Shown here in pieces: positions 1 through 11,866 of a stretch of DNA of 64,000 bases; position 1 is the stretch's first letter, and every line of letters begins with the position of its first letter. The position numbers and the translations under genes are program-made. The DNA lies in contig OZ076409.1 of NCBI GenBank assembly GCA_964187785.1, positions 82,772,001 to 82,836,000 on the forward strand, in the 5' to 3' direction. Origin of the DNA: Amphiscolops sp. MND2022. Lineage: Eukaryota. The notes under the pieces are model-generated. The model saw nothing but the letters and a program-made list of their open reading frames with translations, did not search any database and was not told the DNA's origin.

Positions 1-1060
1 CAAAGGCGCCGTGTCATCGGTTTAAGGAATGGACAAGCGACAGCAAAGGCCTGGAATTCACGCTAGCGACGGTGATTCCCCTTGTCCCCCCTAACAATAG
101 TATTTGGCCCGTTCAACTTCGAAGGAGAGCCGGTGCAAATGGCTAGGTGCATAACTGCTGATCTCCTACTCAACCGATACGGGGTACAAGTCGTGCCAGG
201 TGGCGTCTACAGTCCAGCTCCGTACTGGTGGTTATTGGTGACTGCGCCACGTGTTGATATGCTAGTGAACCCACAGCACCTGTTGCTGGGTTTGGTAAGC
301 CTGAGAACTTCTACCACGGAAGATATACTTCTATGCTTCCATCTCGTCGATTGGTATCGGGGTAAGGTGAAATTTCGTTGGTGCTTAGAATACATTCTCA
401 CTTGCTTCGTCAACTACCCGCAGATCCGATTACTGGACGTGTGAATCCACACCTTTGAAGAACCCCTGCCCACTAAGGCAGCGGTGAGCACTTTGGACAC
501 ATGGGTCCGGGCGAATGTGGACAATCAAGCATATGTGTGCCTCCTGACAACGGGCCTGGGCGAGAAATCATATACCCCGGCAGCTTACGACCCAATCAGG
601 TGGAATACATTTCGTAAGACATGACTGATTTCCTGCTGCTGAACGCCACATTGCATTGGCAAGGGCCGATTTGGAAACCAGTTCTGCCGTGCTGCGCTAT
701 GTACTACGCGAGTGCCGGGGGGGCAGGTCTTCTCCCTACTCCCACAGCAGGTAGGGGATGTGCTGACGCTCACACCTCCATTACAAACAAACCTTCTCAA
801 ACTATCCACTTGATAATTACCCGTACAAATCAGATAGCCGATGACTTCCTGCTCTGTTTGGAGAAACTAATGCTATAGCTCGGAGACAGAGGAGTGTCAA
901 CCATACACTTTCTGATAATGGATCCTGAGCGGCCAGTTTAATCGTTGGCCAATCTGTGCCAAATACTGATGAATGTGTTCGCAGGGACCATTATCAACGT
1001 GACATTGCACAATCGTATGTACGTGTCAATATTGGGCATCAAAATGGGGAAGGAACCAAC
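1..1060 (+). pseudogene. Disrupted C-terminal end of pol (two macrodomain-like modules) of element A
   Basis: ORFs 82..444 and 621..878 plus unannotated in-frame pieces align by eye to 56533..57579 of element C; multiple stops and frameshifts. Confidence 0.8.
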
Positions 1061-1377
1061 CATAGCAATGCCCTAAAGCTCCTGCTACTTGCACTCGTGC
1101 TGCCACGGCACAAACTTGGCCGTGGACCACGGTCTCACATCCTTTTGTGTTGTTTAGCTATAGAAGCGCCCTGAGCGCTTCCTTTTCTCTCAACTTCCTG
1201 CATGTAGACGCTGACAGATGATGCCATAAGCATCGCCTCAGCGTACCACTACTTAATGTAGTGGTCACCGCTAGTAGATAACGTGTTCCTTTAAGGAGCC
1301 CGTAGTTTTCATTAACTGTGTGGCAGGATATGGTGCGAAAAGGGTCCAACGAGTACTGTTTTTAGACCTATGTTAAG

Positions 1378-4300
1378 ATGGCCTACAATCAAACGACAGG
1401 TCATATAGCCCCCCTTCCGTACCTGCCGGCACCGCACCTTCATATGACGCAGCGAATCACAAGGGCAGCGAATCTAACAAGTGCAGAGGAAAAACTGCTA
1501 AATGGCATAACGCCCGCGGCAGTAGCTGGTGTTACTGCCATGTTGGCCCAATTAGAGTGTCAGCAGACGCTGCCCAGTATGACAGTCTCTATTGTAGCCG
1601 ATGTATCTGGCTACAAGCGCACCATGACATGCACAAATTGTGTATGGGATGGGCATGACCTCACCCATCAATTCCTTGACGATAAATCAACCTCAGTGTA
1701 CGGACCTGGAAATCAGACAACAACGTTCAAGCAGGAGGCCTCACTGCGCATGTCTCCTTGCGTGCCTGTTCCACAACCAATGCCACCAGCACACTTGGTG
1801 ATACAACCACAGCCTCTATATCTGTCACAGCCTCCACACTATCTACCTCACGTGCAACAACTAGTGTCCAAGCGGCACCAAGCACACAGACGCCACACAC
1901 CAGTGCTCCCGCCTTGCGAGCGCCGCACATAGTACTGCAGGGTACCGCCTCAACGTCTAATCTGGAGCTCGCGGGCTGCAGTCAGGTCTCTAGCGCCAGT
2001 GTGCAATCGACAATGTCATCGCCCCCACCCTTCAGCTCGACCGCTGGTGGCACCAAACAGGCGAACAGAGCGCCCAGCGAGCACGCCGTGCACCAGGCGT
2101 TGCAGGCAGTCGCCAACTACCCAGTATCAAGAGTTTTTGTGGAGTCTATGTCGTGTAGTTTTCCTGGCCTACAGACGTTATTAGACGTGCCTCTGCAGCC
2201 TAAGGGCTGTATGCTAGCTAGTCAAGGTCCAGGGCCCATTACAGCGACATAAAGAGCGCTATCCCCTGTGTCCACACTATCGCCCGTCCCAGACGAGGAG
2301 CCTGGGCGCAGGAGAGTCTCACCTCGTGAGCTGCCTGGAGCGGTGACTGCGAATGATAGCCCTACTAGTCGCCCTCCCCCTGATAAGCGGAACAAGGTCT
2401 CAAGATCAGTAGTAATCCTAAAACCTCCTAAAATGGGCTATAGAGGTGTTTCTGTGCCCCAAATGTCGATGATTGAAGTGCTCCAGCGATATACGCTAAT
2501 CCTTCTTCCGTGCCCGTGAACACGGGAACCACCGCGTCATCACGCCCAACATCAACATCAAGAACAACACACCGGATGCCGGCGTATTATCCACCTTTGG
2601 AAGGTGTGGCCGGATCCTTAAAGACAAGCGATGCCAATCGTATTTGGCAAGCCGCGCCGCACTGGTCGGAAAACCAATTCAAAGATCGACAGCGTGTTCC
2701 TCCATCAAAAGCGGATCAGGCGCAGCTACAAAAATTGTAGATCGTAGCCCATTTATCGCGGACACTTCGCACCTATGATGTCGAAATCGGCGAGCAGGTG
2801 TGGGAGAAACGCGTCGGAACACGAATTGGGTTAACGCATGACAATTATTTTCGTGCCATGCAGAATAACCTACACGAGCAATACATCCCGAAAAATACAT
2901 CCTGCGCCCCGGTGAAACCTGGGAGACTCACAGTGTTCATCCGCGGAGATTGGAATCAATGAAACCGATTCCCAAGAATCTAGTGCAACGAACGCGGTTC
3001 TGCGTTATGGTGGAGCCGACTATTCCGTGTGACCTACAATATGACAACGTGGTGCTGGATGTGATGGTAGCAACAATGCCTCTGTTTCGCCTACCAGAGA
3101 TGCCGGAGGTCGCAGTAGCGATGTTTGCTCCGGTGCTCGAGGGCTCCCTCAAGGAACCACCTCTGAAACATTTCATCTTCGCGAATCTAATAGACCATAT
3201 AGCCTGTGAAGGTTTACTGCAAGACCTGCCACGAATCTTGCGCGAAATGCCTAATCGAGAAGCAGCTAGAAACGAGGTAGCGCAAATCCTGCACCGAGTG
3301 GCCACTGCTATGGAAAAGACCATAGAGCTGTTGCGCACGCAGCTGAACACTACTGGCCTCTTCGTGTCTCCTCCAGGAATGCTATACTGGAGTTGCGCAC
3401 GGCTACAGTTCGTGTATTTGTTGACAGAGGTATGTGCAGCCAGACGCATTGAATTTCACATGTGTGCACCCAACCTGCGCGTTGGACAAGACGTCTTGTG
3501 CCCAGCCGCACTATCAACTCACGCGTATTCGGCAAGAGTTTCCCGTCTACTACTGTCTATTCAACGGGGTGGCAATGCAATGCCCAGCTGACTTGGGATG
3601 ACGCAATCAATCACGACCACGGGATGCGGATGGGACGGACGTTTGACTTTTGACCAGGAAGGCAACCGCCTTCTGCCCGAAGCAACACTGGTCGAGCGCT
3701 AACACATGCGCAGATTCAATTGGTTGGTCTGCGTGGGTCACCCCACCACTGGAAAGGCGGATCTTGCCGCGTATGGGACCAAGTTGGCAGATTGCCAGCA
3801 AATCGGGACGTTGAGCGGACGATACCGCAGGTTCAATTCGCCGAGAAAACCGAGATTATCAAAGTGCCCCTAGGTTTGCGCCATTCTGTTGGCCAGGAAG
3901 CTGTGGTCCTCGAACAAGCTACGCAAACCCGCGAGACCACCTATGGAGAATGGTATCGGGAGAGACTTGCGACGGTAACTGTACCAATGGCAGCTCGAGC
4001 GCTGTCCGTCTCAACTCCCGCCCCGATGACAAGTTTTGGCATGGGTTGGAACTGGACGTCATCACAGACGCGTTCAAACTGAACCGCCCACGGGTAAAAA
4101 AGTTGGCCGAGAATCTCGAACTCATGACTTTTAACAAAGTGCTAGCTAACGCGCTGGCTTTGGGACCCACTAAGTTCGTGGCTGGCCCTCTGGCCATAGT
4201 GGTTGACCTTGTGGACGCCGGAGACCTGCTGGAAGTCTACACCTATCTGGTACTATCTCAAGGCAAAATGAACGGGCTAGTCTGTATAGACGATTTGTTG

Positions 4301-5706
4301 TTCCTCCAGAACAACCAGAAATACACTGATCCACTGTTCAAGCTGCGGGCATCTCTACAGCATTGGGTATAATCCTGCCTGGTCTTTGCGTCTGGTTTGT
4401 TTTGTGGGCGTTGATCAAGCACAATCAATCCACAACCCGGAAACACAGCTCCCCAACGAAAACGCGGGGTTTCCAATGCCGCAACAACTGGCAGATCTCA
4501 CCCTGGCCGAGGTGGAAGACTTGGTTCCTGTCTTGGCACCAGTCCTGATTCCTAAATTCGGACCTTTGGGACTCCTACCACATCCAACGAAGCTGAAATC
4601 GATGGCAGTACAGGTAGCCACAGTGCCCATCGGTACATACCTGCAAGGTAGTCCTCCGATGAGTTATGAGTATACCGTTCACTACTTCCAAAGCGGTGAA
4701 ATGTCCAGTCTTATACCACCATCAAGGCTGACCAGCAGGCAGAAGAAAATGTGATGGGAATGATCAAGGCCCGCACCCGAAAGGCGAGTGTCCTTCCTAG
4801 GGAATTTGGACCAGTTAACTGGTATAACGCTCCCCTTGATCTGGACGGGAAGCCGTTCAGATTCCCGTCGCAGACCGGCAGACCGAGATCCTACGAACAA
4901 TAATTACTGCTAGCTTGAGGGCTAGCCCCAATTCTCGATCCTATTACAGCTTTAAGTTTATCCAAACATCTAACCGGTATCGGAAGGAGTCCATGGGCTA
5001 CCCCTGCGCGCACCCTATTGCCCAAGGACAGGAACGTTTAATTCATAAAGTGCAACACTTTGATTTCGCTTGTGTCCAGCATTGGATTGAAGTAGCTGCG
5101 CAGGTGCAGAGACTCAACTTATCTTGCCGCGTGGCCCCCGTGCACTACGAACCAGCCTGGCACTCACAAGGCAGGATGACTATGTCTGGTCACATGCCCC
5201 TGGTACTGCTGGACATCGTTATCTCCGTGCTGGTACTCGAGTTACAGGCTGAATGGAACGATGAATGCCTCAAGCTTGAAATCAACAATTTTGAAATAGG
5301 AAAAAGAGCTTGCGGGCTCTGGAAGCAGTCTGGATATAAATCCAAACGTGTGGCCGTCACCGCCAACGGTAGGGCTGAGGCCGAACGGGCCAGAGCCTGG
5401 GCGCAACTGCTGCAGACAAACCCCGCCCCGACTATGGCAATGTCGTTGGAACACCTGCTGTCGGTGGAAGCCCCCGCTGAAAAAGTCCCGGAAGCAGCAG
5501 CTGTCCCGGTAACACCAGAACAGTTGGGTGAACATGCAGCTGAACTGACGCCAAATGCGGCGCTAGTCGAACCCATTGGTGGTCTCACCATCTACGCTGA
5601 TACAAAACCCTTGGTACCATCCCCTACCAGACGATACTCGGTGAACGAACCCGAGCCTCCTGCAAGAATTTCGCCGCGCAGCAGACACAAATCGGCCATA
5701 CACTAA
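1378..5706 (+). pseudogene. Disrupted large ORF3 (SGNH-like domain-containing accessory protein) of element A
   Basis: ORF pieces 1378..1932, 2950..3591, 3720..4082, 3950..4372, 4386..4754 and 4915..5706 are collinear with 57911..62004 of element C (e.g. EVEDLVPVLAPV vs ETEDLIPLIAPV). Confidence 0.85.
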
Positions 5707-6465
5707 AGCGAAAGTGCCAATGAACAGATGAGCTCGAGGACTCAGCGACCATTACCTCCAACAACGTCAAACTGAATGCCAATTGCTGTTGCCTTACTTT
5801 GGTGCTGCCTCATATTGGTGCAATCTTAGTTCATACGTTTATTTAGTTGGTTCATTGTATAGCGCGCCGTGGGTGTACGGCCTTTGAAATTTCCAGCCCC
5901 ACGTGCTGGTATCTGAATTAAACTACGCGTCAAAAAAGTTAACCAAGAAAATGAAACTTTCCTTGTTTTCTAACACCTCGAGCGGTGTCGTCAAAAGGAG
6001 TCCCAGGCCCAAAGGCGAGAAAAAGATCTTTGAGTAAGAACTGCAAAACTCTCGATGAGTCATGTGCATTCTGTCTACTGTCTTTCTACTAGCGGAGCTC
6101 GCGCGCTCCTACAACGAAAAAGACTTTAGCCAAAATTGAACAAAGTTGATACCAAAAACTAATGCAAAAAGCGCTTTTAGCTGGCACTAGCCGCAAAAGA
6201 CATTTTAACTCTAAAGGTGCTTCAAAAATGGCAAATGCCACCCCAAAATCCTAGCTCTCGAGTTGGTGCTAAAAGAGTCACAATTTTATGTGAAAATACG
6301 TAGTTTTAAGGTAAAAGTTTCATAGGATCCTAGGCGGCACAATTCCTACAATGGCTGGCAAACAAGGATTCGTCCTTGTTTCAAGATGTATTCACAGCAC
6401 GGAAAGCAACACTGTTCCTGGACGAGGTCCTGCAGTGCTTGCCAGGGACGACAAGCCAGAAGTCC

Positions 6466-6474
6466 GGGGAGTGG
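6466..6474 (+). promoter_or_regulatory. Polypurine tract of element A
   Basis: GGGGAGTGG immediately before the LTR start TGTAACG. Confidence 0.75.
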
Positions 6475-7164
6475 TGTAACGGCACCCTGTGATCAACGAA
6501 ATTTTGACTCCTTTTTCTGAAAAATTCATTCAAAACTGACGTGGCACCCAAGCATGACTTTGGCCAAGTACCTTTCAGTCGAAAATGTGAAAAGAAGGAC
6601 AGAGAAGACGCCCCGTGAGAAAAAAACCTGAGGCGCACGTAAAAAGATCAGAAAAACAGCTCAAGTTAGCAGAATCCACGGTGTTTGTCTGCTGAAATTT
6701 TTCAGGACTGAACTGGAAAACAGCATGACAGCCTGAAGACTGTATCCGTGCCCGGGGGTTGTGCCCAGCTCGACCGCTGGTGCCATGCCGCCCAAACACT
6801 CACTAATTTCGCCGAACTGGACTTCGTCATTGTAGTTTGTGTACTTTTGTTCTGTAATTAATAAAATGCTCGAGGGCTATTTTCTAGTTTGTCGCATTTA
6901 CTCAGATTCCCACTGGAGAAATTCAGTTACTTACAAACTTGTTGTTTTTACGAGCTATCTACGCGGTGGTTGTGAGAAGGAAAATCACAATGCCTGTGAT
7001 TCCTAGCTGTTACAGACTGGTATCAGGCCAGAGAGCATCCTCAGAGAAGGTTTCCCCTCCTCGGGATCGGCTATCCGTAGGAGGACAAAGTGAGCTGATA
7101 TCATGGTGGTTTGTCCCGGACCATATCCATGGTACCAGTTCCTCCACACCAATGTCACGTTACA
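6475..7164 (+). repeat. 3' LTR of element A (690 bp)
   Basis: Terminal inverted repeat TGTAACG...CGTTACA, identical to the termini of element C LTRs; preceded by a PPT; partner LTR not in window. Confidence 0.85.
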
Positions 7165-7292
7165 ATCGCTTAGCGCTTGCCGTTACCGTTTTTTTATGTT
7201 TCGTGCATTTCGGCGCTGTTTAATACAGTTTTCACAACAATGTTTTTTTTCCTATATTCAGGACACTTTGCTCTTTTAGAACCTTGCTTGAA

Positions 7293-7329
7293 CGGGCGCC
7301 GACTTGGGCCGTTTCCGGTTCGTCTTTTG
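7293..7329 (+). repeat. 3' end fragment of a HINE/DINE-like element
   Basis: GGCGCCGACTTGGGCCG matches the subterminal repeat plus hairpin end of the copies at 10110, 43409 and 43910. Confidence 0.55.
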
Positions 7330-7842
7330 ATATCCGGACGAACAGTCTGTCGGACTACAAAGGAACTGATGGCATCTCTGAGGTTATTTTCATATTGGCT
7401 AGTGTCCACGATGATGCAATTATTTTGATTGCAGATACAATTGTGGCTTGAATGCTACTGATCATTAACCTTGCAACGTACCCGATATACTCAATTAAAA
7501 TTGCTCTCCAACCTTTCAAGAAAATACAGATTAATTTTTGGAACAAATCGGCAACGAAAGAAACGTTAAATTCTTACTGTTATTGCACGTTTTTCGGATT
7601 AGGCTCCAAACAAGAAAAAAAGACGAAAAAAACACCTCTTGAATAATGACATAAAACCCAGTTTACCCTACGAAGGAAGAAGCCGGAAAATTGTGATCAA
7701 TGAGTATCACGAGCGATAGTGCTAATAGTGCTAATAGGATCATGGAAACAGAATAACTTACTCGTAAATTTAATCATCATCTACTGGAAGATTGGATGAA
7801 ATTAGAGTTCCACACTGGAGTTCCAAATACAAAAAGCATTTA

Positions 7843-8255
7843 AGTAATGGGCGCCAGCCAATCAAGCCTGCTCCGCCGCTGCATGGGATTAATTACGTGC
7901 GCCGCTGAGCAGCGTTAGCTTACGCCGGCTTAATATTTTATCCAAAAGTCAAAAAATCAATACCCCAGATTGTCGAAACTTATTTATTTTTATTCAAAGG
8001 CCGTCGACATCGGCTGCAATTGAGCGTTCATGGAATTCAGCAAGTCTTATCATTACCAGCAAGCGGTCCCGATTATCTCCTAATTATTTTCGATATTAAT
8101 TTTTGTTCATGATGCTGTGATTTTGTGAAAAAGTTATCGAATTTAGTTTCATATTCGCTTTTTTTTAAAAAAAAAAGCGTCGACTGAGCCGCCGCGCCGC
8201 TAGCGAATTGCGGTAAGCCGCCGATTTTAGTTAGCTTAAGCGGCGCCCATGTCTA
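7843..8255. mobile_element. Possible decayed MITE
   Basis: Inverted ends ATGGGCGCC (7847) / GGCGCCCAT (8250) with internal GCCGC-rich motifs; no clear TSD. Confidence 0.35.
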
Positions 8256-8847
8256 GTCGCCAGACTATCAAATATTCATTGGCACGTTAAAGAATAAAAC
8301 AAGTTTTGTGAGCATGGTGAATACGTAAGAACTCCGTATGCTTGATATGAGAAACAGGTTCTGTTCTGATCAAAACATTATCCTCCGCCATCCTCACAAA
8401 AAAAAACGGAAATCTGAGCGAGTGCAAGGTTACGACAACCATTCAGTGTGAGTTCTGTTATCTGACAAAAAAACTAGCTACACTCATCTGTGTCGAAATC
8501 AACGAGTAAAAACGTTTCTGGTACAGATAATTTTGCAAAAAGCCATTGGTTGGGTTTTAAGGCGATTGAGGAATAAAATAATTTGTAATGTAAGACCTTT
8601 TGTGCAAAAATGAAAATCAGGGTAAAATTGTTGAAGAAAAATTCAGGGATGTGAAGTTTCCACAAGCACGTTTATTCTGAAATTATATTTTTGCAGAAAA
8701 TGTCTTGATGATGTTATTAGATGTCTAGACAGCAAAATGTTGTTTCCGGAAAAGAGTATATTATGAACATCAAAGCTTGTAATGTGCTGACCTACAAGAG
8801 AATTCATAATAATTATAATGAACATTGAGATGAAACGTTGTCTAGAC

Positions 8848-11146
8848 ATGCGTTGAAAGATTGAGAAGTACAAAAAATTTTGATCTGTAATTACTCCGAA
8901 GTATTCGGTCCGTAATTGATACATCGGCTCTGGTGTGACGCTTATTTTATGCACCATTCAAATCTTGAAATAAACAAGTTCGCAACGAAAGTTTTGCCGA
9001 CGTTTATGAATTGATCCAAAACCTATTGCGACACTTACAGTGAGCAGAAGAATAAAGAAGAATGAAGAATATGTGAAACATGGATTTGATAATCTCTGGT
9101 GGCAACTGACTGTTCAGCTGTGCACTTCTTCGTGTTTATTCAGCATCGGATTCAACCTAATAACGAGACACGAGAGCGACTTCGGTCGACATGGAAGTGC
9201 AGAATGTTCTACGAGAATGGAGACTCCGTCGATGTTCCGCTCAGTGGCGTATTTAATGGATTTGCCCAGTTCTCAGCGTATCTTTCCTGTTTCTTCGATT
9301 CCTCCAAATATTCATGCCCTTCTGAGGTCTCTTTAGTTACAGGTGAGTTTACAAAGTGACGTCACAAAAGGATTACACCGTTCAAGTCTTTAAATGACAA
9401 CCAAAAAATTGTTTAGTGTGAAGTAAGCTTACGGCACGTTTCATGGAATCGTTGGATGGAAGCTAGTTATCCAATCATTACTGAAACTTTGCTGTGCTTT
9501 TTTATATATTCGAGATATCTGCATCTTGCTGTTAACAAAATTGCCTGGTTAAATCATTTTAGTTCAGGTGAAAAACTTGAAAATATACAACACTTTCAGA
9601 TGAGTATCCACATTTTGAAATATGTATTTTAAATGGTATCTTTGGTCTCAACTGCCTCGATTCTCAGTATTTGTTTTTGTTTAATAAAATGCAACTTTAG
9701 GCTCAAGCGTCATCTCTCGTTTTTATTGCCCAGTTTCACAATAGCACCATAAATTATTCTGTTTGGTTGAAAACATGAAGTTGACCGAAAAATATTTAAT
9801 TCATAAAATCTGAAACAGCTCCAAAACTTTAGTCTACACAAAATTTTCAAAATTTATCTGAGTAAAGATATTGCCTCAAGATTCTGCTTCCTTGTTGACG
9901 GGAAATTTCGAATCTGGATGATAGACATAATAACATCAAATTTTCTCACCCCAATAGTTTTGGATAGCAGATGTTCACCAGAATTTATTGTTTTATTTCT
10001 AACTCGTCTGCAAAAAGTTTGTAACTCGGGAAGCTGTGAAAAACTTCGAACAACTCAACAATACTCGCTTCAATGAGTTCAGTTCCTTCATCTTCTCTCT
10101 CTACGATATAAAAACAAGCCGAGAACGGCCAAAGTCGGCGCCATATCTAAGGCTCAAAATTTAAAAGGGGGACCCTTCGGGCTTTGTGAAACTCCAGCTG
10201 GTTGCAAAAAATTTTAAAAAAATTGAAGGGGGGACCCTTTGGAGACATGAAAAAATTTCCCAAAAAAATTTTTTAATGAGATTTTTAAACAGTGTCACGG
10301 TGCCGAAAAATGTAAAAGGGGGCCCTTTGCAATTTTTTGACATCCATTGTGTTGCAAAATATTGAAACAAATGAAGGGGGACCCTCTGATGCAATCCAAA
10401 AAACTTCAAAAAAGAAGTCGCATAGTGCCGAAAAAAAGTGGGGCTAAGGTGGGATCTTTGGACGTCTGTTTTGTTTTTTCTTTTCGTTTTGGACGCGCTT
10501 CTGAGGTTGGAGTTGTTGGGGTTTGAAGTTGTTGAGGTTTGAAGTTGTTGAACAAATGAACAAAAAAGTGGACCTTACGCGTCTAAAAAAAACTACCCAC
10601 TGTAATAGTCGGGCACATTTTCTACTAAAATGCGCCGACTAAAAACAATTGAAGCGTTTGAAACATCATATGAAACGCCTATTTTAATTCTCTATTTTGC
10701 AAGTTATTGTTAGTTTTTCCTGAATGCCCCATTAATGCGAGTGATTCTTCTTCTTAACGTTTTGCAGACATAGAAGAAGTAAACAATCGAGTGTCGGTTG
10801 CCAGACAAGAGGCGCATGAAGGGGATGGACTTACCTTCTGTGGGTCAACTTTAAGACCGGTGCCAGGGTCTGGCTTCGATAGCTGGCATCAGTTTGTGGA
10901 GTGGATGGAATATATGCGATTGGTGGGGGTGTCACAAGTAGTCCTTCCAGAGCCTCTACCCCACCCTTTGTATCAGGGATTAACAAATACCATAGCCCCC
11001 TTTCTCGCTTTCTCGATATCATTCCCCGATTTCTCGAAAATTCGGCAATCATGAACAATTTTTGCTTTTTTATGCTTTCAATCATCGAACATTCGAATCA
11101 ATTCTTCCTGAACAACAACTATACGCCTGAACAACAATTATACTAG
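8848..11146 (+). pseudogene. Glycosyltransferase family 92 (DUF23)-like pseudogene, two exons
   Basis: Exon ending ...CPSEVSLVT-G|GTGAGT (9342) splices in frame to TTTGCAG|AC (10768), continuing LTFCGSTL..WHQFVEWMEYMRLVGVSQVVLP and later AIMNNFCFF; these resemble GT92 motifs; stops and frameshifts present; 5' boundary approximate. Confidence 0.65.
10110..10645 (-). mobile_element. Non-autonomous Helentron-associated element (HINE/DINE-1-like), intact copy inside the GT92 intron
   Basis: Subterminal inverted repeats AGTCGGCGC/GCGCCGACT, partial inverted repeat beside one end, GCCG-N4-CGGC hairpin at the other, internal GTTGTTGAGGTTTGAA microsatellite, A/T-run flanks; near-identical to 43910..44209 + 63308..63564. 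Confidence 0.8.
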
Positions 11147-11367
11147 ACTGATGTAACTTTTTTACACTTTTCACATGCAGGATATGTTTTTCTATAACCT
11201 AGAAAAATCACTAGGCTTCAGGTGGTAAATCTTGATGAATTACACTGTATTTTCCACCACTGCAATTAAAATTGAAAATGAATCCCACTTCATTACCGAC
11301 ACGATCACTTTCTAATCACTCTTGGTTTTCTCAACTACTCATCTGGTGTCATTACCGCTTACCAAAT

Positions 11368-11866
11368 GGTAAAGCGACAATTCGTCCCAAGGGACAACAT
11401 CTTCCCAAGCGACAATTCTTCCCAAGCGACAATTCGTCCCGAATTCCAAAAAGCGACAAGTCGTCCCATTTTGAAAAGGCGACAATTCGTCCCAATTACT
11501 AAAAGCTGTAATTTGTCCTCAATTTAATTGACAATAAAGACCTTTGTAATAATGAATCCGGAAAGATTACCGTTAGAGGTAGGTACCAACAATTAATTTT
11601 AACATTCTACGGCTGGTGCGTTAAACTGCAACATTTTCTAATTGTTGTCACGTGCTTAAATGAATTCATTTGTAGTTGATTTGATTAATTTTTTTATTTC
11701 AACCTTCAAAAAGTTGGTAACTAGCTGATCAATCAAACAATTTGGGACGAATTGTCGCTTGGGACCAATTGTCGCTTGGGACGAACTGTCGCTTGAGACG
11801 AATTGTCGCTTGGGACGAATTGTCGCTTGGGACGAATTGTCGCTTGGGAAGAATTGCCGCCCAACC
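11368..11866. mobile_element. Foldback/MITE-like element with arms built of 17-bp tandem repeats
   Basis: (AAGCGACAATTCGTCCC)n at 11372..11493 and its reverse complement (GGGACGAATTGTCGCTT)n at 11744..11860; GGT...ACC termini; imperfect 9-bp flank repeat TTACCAAAT / TTCTCAAAT. Confidence 0.75.

Larger units (their letters stand above)
1..7164 (+). mobile_element. Element A: 3' part of a decayed Ty3/Gypsy LTR retrotransposon related to element C (5' part outside the window)
   Basis: Fragmented ORFs are collinear and homologous to the integrase C-terminal extension and ORF3 of element C (e.g. RCITA..WWLLVT, HFLIMDPER vs HLPIYDPER, LLNGITP..WDGHDLTH vs LLNGATP..WQGYDLTH, FVSPPG..APNLR vs FMSPPG..APNLR); ends with a PPT and a TGTAACG...CGTTACA LTR. 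Confidence 0.9.

Noticed and set aside
11372..11860. 17-bp repeats as a CRISPR array
   Set aside because: Units are adjacent with no unique spacers, occur in inverted arms, and the context is eukaryotic with no cas genes
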